From: an uncultured virus (IMG/VR IMGVR_UViG_2617271287_000001)
Taxonomy: Duplodnaviria; Heunggongvirae; Uroviricota; Caudoviricetes
Length of the DNA stretch: 64,000 nucleotides
IMG/VR virus record: IMGVR_UViG_2617271287_000001
Location: 1 to 64,000 of that record
Strand: one strand, 5' to 3'
The position numbers were made by a program, and so were the translations under genes. The notes under the pieces were generated by a model. That model saw only the letters and a program-made list of their open reading frames with translations. It was not told where the DNA came from and made no database searches. This document shows positions 57,316 to 64,000 of this stretch, one piece after another; position 1 is the stretch's first letter, and every line of letters starts with the position of its first letter.

Positions 57316-58167
57316 TTATAGCTTTCTGAAATTCCAGGCTCCCAGCACTTTGGCTTGGAAATGGACGTCCTCCATGCGGGCCTTCTGCGGCTCGAAGGAC
57401 TTGTTGTCCGACACCAGCAGGTAGTGCTCGGCATCATGAATCTGCACCCGCTTCACGAACAGGTGCTGCAGCCAGGTGAAGACGTAGACGCCTTCCTCGA
57501 CGAAGTCGGTGATGCCCACGTCGACGAGGATCGGGGACTTGTCCTCGATGGTGCCCAGCATGCTCTGGCCCCATCCGGTGATGATCTTGAGGTTGGTCGC
57601 ATCGGTGTACTTCAGGCCGAGGTCATCCAACTGGACTTTGTCGACCACCAGATTCCTGACGAACTCACGGTACTCGGCCGGCACCTGGCCGCCACCCATG
57701 GCTGCGCGCACGTCGTACTGGGCGATCGAAATCGAATTTCCTTTCACCAGGGTGGTGCGGTTGAAGTCGGCGTGAATTACGTTCGATGTCGTCGATTGAT
57801 CGCCATCGAAAGACTCGGCTACTGCCTGCGCGATTTTCTCCTTAGCTTCGCCGCTCAACCCTTTACCGTGGCGCTGGAGCATCTCCATCACCTTTTCCGC
57901 AGCCGATGAGCCAGGGCGCTGAGGCGAACTACCTGGCGCAATAAGCTCCGCCTCCTTTTCGCTCAACCCCCAGTGTTCTGCGCCAACGACGCCTGAGAAG
58001 AACGATATCAACTCGATCAGCTTCGCTTTATCGATCCTGCCGGTGTTGATCCATCCTTGGACAGAAGGGGGCTTCACGCCGAACTGCTCTGCGAGAGCCT
58101 TTTTCGACATTTTTTTGGCGAGTCTGGCGGCCTCAATAGCGGCGCCTAGTTGGGGTCCGGTAAGCAT
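57316..58167 (-). CDS. CI-like repressor (HTH + S24)
   Basis: LAEQFGVKPPSVQGW; AMGGG, GQSM, VKR. Confidence 0.93.
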   Translation of the reverse strand: MLTGPQLGAAIEAARLAKKMSKKALAEQFGVKPPSVQGWINTGRIDKAKLIELISFFSGVVGAEHWGLSEKEAELIAPGSSPQRPGSSAAEKVMEMLQRHGKGLSGEAKEKIAQAVAESFDGDQSTTSNVIHADFNRTTLVKGNSISIAQYDVRAAMGGGQVPAEYREFVRNLVVDKVQLDDLGLKYTDATNLKIITGWGQSMLGTIEDKSPILVDVGITDFVEEGVYVFTWLQHLFVKRVQIHDAEHYLLVSDNKSFEPQKARMEDVHFQAKVLGAWNFRKL

Positions 58168-58233
58168 TGCCTAATTTAACGTCAGTTGTGGTGTGGTTAG
58201 GCAATGGCTTGCCTGTAATTAGCTAATGCCTTA
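58160..58233. promoter_or_regulatory. oR operators of prophage 2
   Basis: GTAAGCATTGCCTAA 58160, TTAGGCAATGGCTTG 58197, TTAGCTAATGCCTTA 58219. Confidence 0.78.
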
Positions 58234-58265
58234 CTCTTTTCTCCAACATTCCCCGGAGAAGAGAC

Positions 58266-58484
58266 ATGACTCCAGCAGAAGCAGTGCGCCAGGCCGCCGA
58301 GCTGTTGGGCAGTCGGGCCGAGTTGGCGCGAAAGCTCAATGTGAGAGCGCCCACCGTAAGTCAATGGTGTTCAGGCGTTCGACCAATCCCCGCGAAACGT
58401 GCAGTTGAGATCGAGGCGCTCACCGCTGGTCGGGTCCTCCGAAGCGAACTGTGCCCGTCGTTCCCATGGGGTGCGGCTGCCTGA
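58266..58484 (+). CDS. cro: Cro/YdaS-like protein
   Basis: GSRAELARKLNVRAPTVSQW...ELCP. Confidence 0.9.
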   Translation: MTPAEAVRQAAELLGSRAELARKLNVRAPTVSQWCSGVRPIPAKRAVEIEALTAGRVLRSELCPSFPWGAAA

Positions 58485-58515
58485 ACGCACCTTACTGGCC
58501 AGGAGCCGCCACGTC

Positions 58516-59088
58516 ATGCGAAGCGAATCGCACACCCTGATTTCCACGCTGCTCGGCGTGGTGAACCAATGGCGCCGCCGAGAGGGGTGGAGCCGCGAGA
58601 CCGTCGTCCAGCACATCGTGGAGGCGCACGAGCGCATCCAGGGAGCGCTGGTCACCGGCATCGTCTTCGACCCGCCAACGCGCGATACAACCGAGCGGAT
58701 GAAGGTCAACGCCGACCGCGTGTTCCGCTGGCTCGACGACGGAACCAAGGACACCAACCTGGTGCCGGCGAACTTCGTACCCAGCATCCTCGCGGCGCTG
58801 CCGACTGACCTGAAAGTCCAGGCCCTGGGCGACATCCTGACGCCTCTGGGCGTATCGGTACGTCTGATCGGCGGCGATGCAGACCAGCGGCCGGAGGTGC
58901 TCTGCATGCTCCGGACGCTCATCAAGGAGAACGGTGAGGCGCAGCAGGCTGTTGCCAGCCTCGTCGACGGCGCTGATGACCAGGAACTGCAGGAGGCCCA
59001 CCGGGAGCTCTCCGAATCCAGGGCGGCGACCGATGAGGCGCTGCGGATGATCGACCAGATGCGCCGGCCGCGCCTTGTTCAGGGGTAG
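58516..59088 (+). CDS. Phage regulatory protein in the CII position
   Basis: AGGAG RBS; synteny. Confidence 0.65.
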   Translation: MRSESHTLISTLLGVVNQWRRREGWSRETVVQHIVEAHERIQGALVTGIVFDPPTRDTTERMKVNADRVFRWLDDGTKDTNLVPANFVPSILAALPTDLKVQALGDILTPLGVSVRLIGGDADQRPEVLCMLRTLIKENGEAQQAVASLVDGADDQELQEAHRELSESRAATDEALRMIDQMRRPRLVQG

Positions 59089-59090
59089 CC

Positions 59091-60053
59091 GTGCCGTCCT
59101 TTCAGATCAACGACGAGGAGCGGGAGGCGCTCCGCGGCCTACCCATGCTTGCCCGCGAGATCTACGTGTTCGCCCTGCGCCCGTTCATGGACTTCGCAAC
59201 AGGCGTTGTCGGAGAGCGGCGCGGGATCTCTTGGAAGTCGATTGCCGAGGAGCTCTACGTCGAGCCGCACCAGGGCATCAAGGGCGGGGAGCCCTCCGAA
59301 AAGGAACTGCGGCGGGCGATGGTCTGGCTGCAGAAGGTGGGTCTGGTAGGCCCCAATCTGGCCGAAAGGCGCCTGATTTTTGAGTTACCGAAGGCTTCAC
59401 GGGATCAATCCGTCCGAAAAAAAGTGGGCACTAAGTGGGCAGATGAAGCGGGCAGTTATGTGGAAGGGTCGGAGCCCAGTAATTACGCGGCTCTCCCGGA
59501 AAAAGAGGGCAGATATGTGGGAGGGGGTGAAAGTGAAAAAGTGGGCACACCTCCGGTATCCGGTATTCCTCCTACTACTCCACCGCGCGAGGACCCGCAG
59601 CCCGGACAGCGATTCCCCATGCATGACGCCTGGCTACCCAGCGCCAGGGGCTGGCCCGCGACACTGACCCGTAACGGCATGAAGAACTACCAGCTACGCG
59701 ACGAGGATCTCCTCGAGTTCCGTAGCTACTGGATCAACCGCCCCGAGAAGTATCAGTCCCAGGGCCAGTGGGAACACGAACTTGCGCAGAACCTCCTCCG
59801 CAACCAGCGCTTCGACCAGAACAGGAGCAGCTATGGAAACCAAGCAGGAAACGCCGAAGGCCAAGCCGGCCATCGTGCCGCAAAGCGCGGCCTCTCACAT
59901 CGACAGGGCCCTCGCTCAGCCGTCGACCGCGTCAACGCCATCGTCGCAGCCAACGAGGCTGCCCGACAGGCTGCTGGAACGGCTCTGGGTGAAGATGACC
60001 GAGATGTACGGGCACCGCTGGACGTCGAGTTTTGGCGACAACCCGAATCCTGA
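59091..60053 (+). CDS. Replication initiator (O-like, DnaT-like domain)
   Basis: RFPMHDAW.P...EFRSYW...QWEHEL; internal iterons. Confidence 0.8.
   Translation: MPSFQINDEEREALRGLPMLAREIYVFALRPFMDFATGVVGERRGISWKSIAEELYVEPHQGIKGGEPSEKELRRAMVWLQKVGLVGPNLAERRLIFELPKASRDQSVRKKVGTKWADEAGSYVEGSEPSNYAALPEKEGRYVGGGESEKVGTPPVSGIPPTTPPREDPQPGQRFPMHDAWLPSARGWPATLTRNGMKNYQLRDEDLLEFRSYWINRPEKYQSQGQWEHELAQNLLRNQRFDQNRSSYGNQAGNAEGQAGHRAAKRGLSHRQGPRSAVDRVNAIVAANEAARQAAGTALGEDDRDVRAPLDVEFWRQPES
59422..59547 (+). repeat. Origin iterons AAGnGGGCA x5
   Basis: Copies at 59422, 59433, 59446, 59503, 59539 inside the initiator gene. Confidence 0.75.
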
Positions 60054-60594
60054 CGGCGCCTGGGCTACGGTGCTCCAGGGGCTGACCGGCCAGCAACTGG
60101 CCCACGGACTCAACATGCTGACGTTCATGGGCAGCCGGTTCGATTGGCCGCCGGCGGCGCCGACATTCCGGGAACTCTGCTTGAGCGTGCAGCCGGAGTC
60201 GCTCGGTCTGCCGGACCACGACACCGCGTTCAACCAGGCTCTGGCGTGCCGCTACCGCCACCAGGTGGTCAAGGCCGCCGCCGAGGCCACCGGCGTTTTC
60301 GATCTGCGCACCGGCGAGGTGAACGACGATCGCCTCCGCAAGCGCTTCGGGTTCCACTACGCAGAGATGGTCCGGCGGTGGGCAAACAACATCCCGCTGA
60401 GCCAGCCCGTCATCCACGCGATTGAGCATGACACCGGGAAGAGCCTGCTGGACCTGGCCGAGGATGAGGCCGAGCAGCAGCTCCGCCGGCGGATGCAAGC
60501 CCAGGGCCTGGATGGGCTCAGTGGCGCACAGGCGCGGGAACTGCTGCTGGCCAAGATGCGCCGGAAAGCGCCGGAGGTGCGCCGTGATGCATGA
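59833..60594 (+). CDS. Replication protein, P-like
   Basis: AGGAG RBS; MYGHRW...WPPAAPTFRELC...LGLP. Confidence 0.75.
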   Translation: METKQETPKAKPAIVPQSAASHIDRALAQPSTASTPSSQPTRLPDRLLERLWVKMTEMYGHRWTSSFGDNPNPDGAWATVLQGLTGQQLAHGLNMLTFMGSRFDWPPAAPTFRELCLSVQPESLGLPDHDTAFNQALACRYRHQVVKAAAEATGVFDLRTGEVNDDRLRKRFGFHYAEMVRRWANNIPLSQPVIHAIEHDTGKSLLDLAEDEAEQQLRRRMQAQGLDGLSGAQARELLLAKMRRKAPEVRRDA

Positions 60595-61030
60595 CCTCCG
60601 CCCGGTGATGTTCACCGTACCCGGCGAACCGGTGGGGAAGGGGAGACCGCGTATCGGTCGTGTCGGCGCCCACGCAAGGATGTTCACGCCGGCGAAGACG
60701 GCGAACTACGAGGGGTTGATTGCGCACAGCGGACAGCAGGCGATGGCAGGTCGCGCGCTGTTCGAGGGCCCGGTGCTGGTCGAGCTCGACATCGCGCTGA
60801 GCATCCCTCAATCGATGTCGAAAAAGCGGAAGTCGCTGGCGCTGGCCGGCGGCCTGTACCCCACCAAGAAGCCCGATATGGACAACGTGATCAAAGCTAT
60901 CTACGACGGCCTGAACGGCGTTGTCTGGAAGGACGACGTCCAGGTCGTGAAGGCGGTTGTGGGGAAGCGCTACGGCGAAACGCCAGGCGTGCGAGTGAAG
61001 ATCGTCCCTCTCCTCGAGGGCGAGCAGTGA
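60587..61030 (+). CDS. rusA: RusA-family Holliday junction resolvase
   Basis: GKGRPR, KPDMDN, D.LNG..W.DD.QV. Confidence 0.92.
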   Translation: MHDLRPVMFTVPGEPVGKGRPRIGRVGAHARMFTPAKTANYEGLIAHSGQQAMAGRALFEGPVLVELDIALSIPQSMSKKRKSLALAGGLYPTKKPDMDNVIKAIYDGLNGVVWKDDVQVVKAVVGKRYGETPGVRVKIVPLLEGEQ

Positions 61031-61058
61031 CTACAGGAAACTACAGGGGAGAGTCGAA

Positions 61059-61928
61059 ATGAGACTGATCAGCGCGCGCCAGGCTTGGCACGACGCCTTC
61101 TACGAGAGTCGGAGCTCAGTGCTGGCGGTGGCGGCCGACAAGGCCGCGCTGGGCAAGAAGGGGCGGGTGGCCAACGAGACGCACCCCGACCGCAAGGACA
61201 CCAACGGGCGTAGCGCTCACATGCTGGCCGCCGGCCTGGTGCAGGCTGCCATCCGCTCGCTGCCGAAGCCGCTGCAGCACTTCGGCCACACGCTGTACTC
61301 GCCGCTGGCCAATGGTGACGACGTGGCGATCGCTCACGGCCTGGTCTGGATCGGCGCCGGCCTCGGCCAACTGACCCAGCGCCAGGGCGAGCGGGCGTAT
61401 TGGATGGCGCTGGCGGCGATCAACTCGCACAAGCGCGCCGTCAACGGCCGCGACACTCTGCGCCCGGGCGAGGTCTGCCTGTTCATCGAGGAGCGCCTGG
61501 GCTGTCGGATCGACCCCAGCCATTGGGCTCGCGACTACGCCAGCACCTGGGAGCGGCTGGCGCGCCACGTCGACAAGCTGGATGCCCAGGCGCTGAGGCC
61601 GGTTGCCGAGGTTGTGGCGAAGCAGAGCGGCCTGCGGAAGGGGCTGGGCTGGCGCTGGCACCAAGTCGACCGCGATGTGGTGGCGTTGCACCGGGCCGAG
61701 GCCTACGCCGAGCGCCGGGAGCATCACCAGCAGCGCTTGGCGGAACGTCTGCGCAGGATGTCGGACCAGGAGCTGGCGCGGTGGGCGGCGAGGATGAAGC
61801 GGTACGGGGAGGCATACCGGGAGGAGTGGGGCGAGGACATCCTGGAATGCCCCAGTGTCCATCAGCGCTACCATGACCGCGTGGCGGCCTACTGGGCCCA
61901 GCGGGAGCGCCTGAAACGGGTCGCTTGA
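61059..61928 (+). CDS. Putative late regulator (Q position)
   Basis: Last early gene, before a promoter-terminator leader. Confidence 0.6.
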   Translation: MRLISARQAWHDAFYESRSSVLAVAADKAALGKKGRVANETHPDRKDTNGRSAHMLAAGLVQAAIRSLPKPLQHFGHTLYSPLANGDDVAIAHGLVWIGAGLGQLTQRQGERAYWMALAAINSHKRAVNGRDTLRPGEVCLFIEERLGCRIDPSHWARDYASTWERLARHVDKLDAQALRPVAEVVAKQSGLRKGLGWRWHQVDRDVVALHRAEAYAERREHHQQRLAERLRRMSDQELARWAARMKRYGEAYREEWGEDILECPSVHQRYHDRVAAYWAQRERLKRVA

Positions 61929-61998
61929 CGATTTGGCGAGCATTTGGGTATCGTTTTGCCATTGTGCACAGTTGCACCCAATCAACAGATTCCCCCGA

Positions 61999-62026
61999 AA
62001 ACCCGGCCCTGGCGCCGGGTTTTTTG
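61999..62026 (+). terminator. Late-leader terminator (tR'-like)
   Basis: ACCCGGC-cctggc-GCCGGGT followed by a T-run; TTGACG at 61926 is a candidate -35. Confidence 0.72.
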
Positions 62027-62232
62027 TGCCAGCAAGACTCTGCCGAATGAGATAGCTAATTGCATTATCGATGCCCCGCCATACAGCGAGGCTCTTTCTT
62101 CGCGAGCCTTTCCCGATACTTGGATGTAAATGTTCCGTTCGAGCCATAGGCCACCATTACCACCGATCTAACTTTGCTATCTATTCCTGTCGATAAGCCT
62201 AGGGTAGGTACTCAACCCAAGGAGAAGACAAG

Positions 62233-62382
62233 ATGAAAACTCAAGACAAGAACGGTAACGTGCAGGCCAGCCAACAAAGCAGCCAAGAACAGAAAACCGA
62301 TCCGGTCCAAACTCAGGTTCCCGGCAAAGACCAGAAACCGGCCAACGAGGAAAAGAAGGATGGGCGGGTCTGGAAAGGTTGA
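62233..62382 (+). CDS. 49-aa hydrophilic peptide (not in ORF track)
   Basis: AAGGAG RBS; MKTQDKNGNVQASQQSSQEQKTDPVQTQVPGKDQKPANEEKKDGRVWKG. Confidence 0.6.
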   Translation: MKTQDKNGNVQASQQSSQEQKTDPVQTQVPGKDQKPANEEKKDGRVWKG

Positions 62383-62798
62383 GGCAGGTTTTCTGGCCGA
62401 AGCCCCGCCGTTAACTTTCTGCACTCAACATCAGAAAGTTAGTTATGTCGCCACCAGAGCGATCGTTAAGAATTAGATCTAGATGCCTGATCAGCCGGTA
62501 AGTGCAGGTGTTAGGCAAGAACTCCGGCAACTCCTACGCGCCTTTTCGATTGATGGGGCCGGTAGGTGGTTCTCCAGCGAGACCAGTGTAGTTGGATGCT
62601 GGCGCTGGGGAGCCTTTGGTGGGCGGCGTGGGAAGACACGCATCGAACAAATCAAGCCCAGCCATAGCGCTGGGCTTTTTGTTTGTGAAGATTACTCAAT
62701 TCAAATTGGTTCAGTGTGAACGCACCATCAGCCGGTTTCTCCCGGCATTCAATCATGAGGCCCGCCGCGTGCGGGTCTTTCTTCATCTGGAGTACCCC

Positions 62799-63188
62799 AT
62801 GGCTGAACCGACGAGCAGCGGAGCAGTAGCAGCAGCCGGCGCCGTCGGGCTCACTGCCACCGCGATCATCCCTGGAGTCGACGTCAATGCGGTGATCGGC
62901 GGCTTCGCCGGCGCGCTGCTGTTCGTGCTCTGGGCCCACGACCTGACCATGGCCAGGCGCCTCGGCTACCTGCTGGCGTCCTGGGTGGGCGGCTACTACG
63001 CCGCCACAGAGGCTGTCGGGCGGGGCGCGACCCAGTTCTCCGGGCTGCCCGCACTGGTCACCGCCGCGCTGATCGTCACGATCCTGATCGGCGTGCTCGA
63101 CTGGATGATTGGTGGCCGCGCGCCGGCATGGCTCCAGATCGTTCTGCAGCGCATCGTCGGCATGATCGGAGGCCGGAAAGATGGTTGA
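62799..63188 (+). CDS. Putative holin
   Basis: GGAG RBS; several TM segments; first late gene. Confidence 0.75.
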   Translation: MAEPTSSGAVAAAGAVGLTATAIIPGVDVNAVIGGFAGALLFVLWAHDLTMARRLGYLLASWVGGYYAATEAVGRGATQFSGLPALVTAALIVTILIGVLDWMIGGRAPAWLQIVLQRIVGMIGGRKDG

Positions 63189-63465
63189 TCTGGTGACCCT
63201 GACGGCTGCGGCCGTCTGCGGCGCTATCAGTTGCCGCATCTTCACGTACCAGCGCCACGGTGCCACGTACCGGTTCGGCGTCTCGCTCTGCGCGTACATC
63301 CTCGCCGCTGGGACCGGCATGCAGGCGCTGTCGATCAGCCTGGCCGTGCTGATGGCGCGTCACGCAACGCCGATATCGCCCTACCTGCTGGCGGTCCTGC
63401 TGGTGCTGCTGGTGCTGGTCTACCGCAACAAGGGCAACATCGCGCCCATCCTGAGGCTCAGTTGA
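63181..63465 (+). CDS. Phage holin-family protein
   Basis: Three TM segments, C-terminal GNIA. Confidence 0.8.
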   Translation: MVDLVTLTAAAVCGAISCRIFTYQRHGATYRFGVSLCAYILAAGTGMQALSISLAVLMARHATPISPYLLAVLLVLLVLVYRNKGNIAPILRLS

Positions 63466-63473
63466 GGTGATCC

Positions 63474-64000
63474 ATGGCGCTAACAGCAAAACAGCGCCGC
63501 TTCGTCGCCGAGTATCTGCTTGACCTCAATGCGACCCAGGCGGCAATCAGGGCCGGGTACAGCAAGAATCGCGCGTCCGAGATCGGTTACCAACTGCTGC
63601 AGAAGCCGGACATCACATCCGCCATCCAGGCGGCTATGAAGGAGCGCGCCGAGCGCACCAGGTCTGACGCCGACTACGTCGTCCGGCGCCTGGAGGAGAT
63701 CGATCAGATGGACCTCCTGGACATTGTCAACGATGACCTGACCCTCCGCCCGCTCAGCCAGTGGCCCAAGGCCTGGCGCCAGTACCTCAGCGGCTTCGAC
63801 TTGGCCGAGATGTTCGAGGGCAAGGGCGATTCCCGCGCGGCGGTCGGCATCCTCAAGAAGATCAAATGGCCGGACAAGGTGAAGAACCTGGAACTGCTCG
63901 GCCGCCACCACGGCGTGTTCACCGACAAGTTCGAGCACTCGGGCCCCGGCGGCGGCCCGATTCCCACCATGCCGACCATGATCGAACTGGTGGCGCCTGG
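63474..64000 (+). CDS. Terminase small subunit (runs off the window)
   Basis: MALTAKQRRFVAEYLLDLNATQAAIRAGYS. Confidence 0.92.
   Translation, partial: MALTAKQRRFVAEYLLDLNATQAAIRAGYSKNRASEIGYQLLQKPDITSAIQAAMKERAERTRSDADYVVRRLEEIDQMDLLDIVNDDLTLRPLSQWPKAWRQYLSGFDLAEMFEGKGDSRAAVGILKKIKWPDKVKNLELLGRHHGVFTDKFEHSGPGGGPIPTMPTMIELVAP

Larger units (their letters stand above)
40035..64000. mobile_element. Prophage 2, lambdoid, left part; continues beyond the window
   Basis: Integrase beside the tRNA, recombination, immunity, replication, holins, terS. Confidence 0.95.

Overview
High-GC Pseudomonas DNA, most likely P. aeruginosa (host genes resemble the PA2583 hybrid sensor kinase / ProQ / tRNA-Cys locus). 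It holds two lambdoid prophages separated by a 10-N scaffold gap and about 4.6 kb of host DNA. Prophage 1 (1 to about 35400) is nearly complete: integrase, early genes, repressor/Cro switch, primase-helicase with an iteron origin, lambda-type head, non-contractile tail, split lysis genes and a Dam-type methylase. Its regulatory and lysis genes parallel the R/F-pyocin cassette (PrtN-, PrtR-, PtrB-like proteins, holin, GH19 lysin). Prophage 2 is inserted at tRNA-Cys (about 40035 to beyond 64000): integrase, nucleotide-metabolism genes, two methylases, RecT/YqaJ, immunity, replication, holins and terminase small subunit. The most unusual signals are: (i) a family of hairpins with a CCACCAC loop on both early transcripts of prophage 1, interleaved with CsrA/RsmA-type GGA hairpins after cro; (ii) a stand-alone HxE/PCxxC deaminase inserted between a CsrA fusion gene and a free copy of the fused domain in prophage 2; (iii) a C5 methylase with four repeated TRD-like modules; (iv) a membrane protein plus Pro-rich peptide moron; (v) the same LexA box in both prophages. 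All family assignments come from motif recognition and memory, not database searches.
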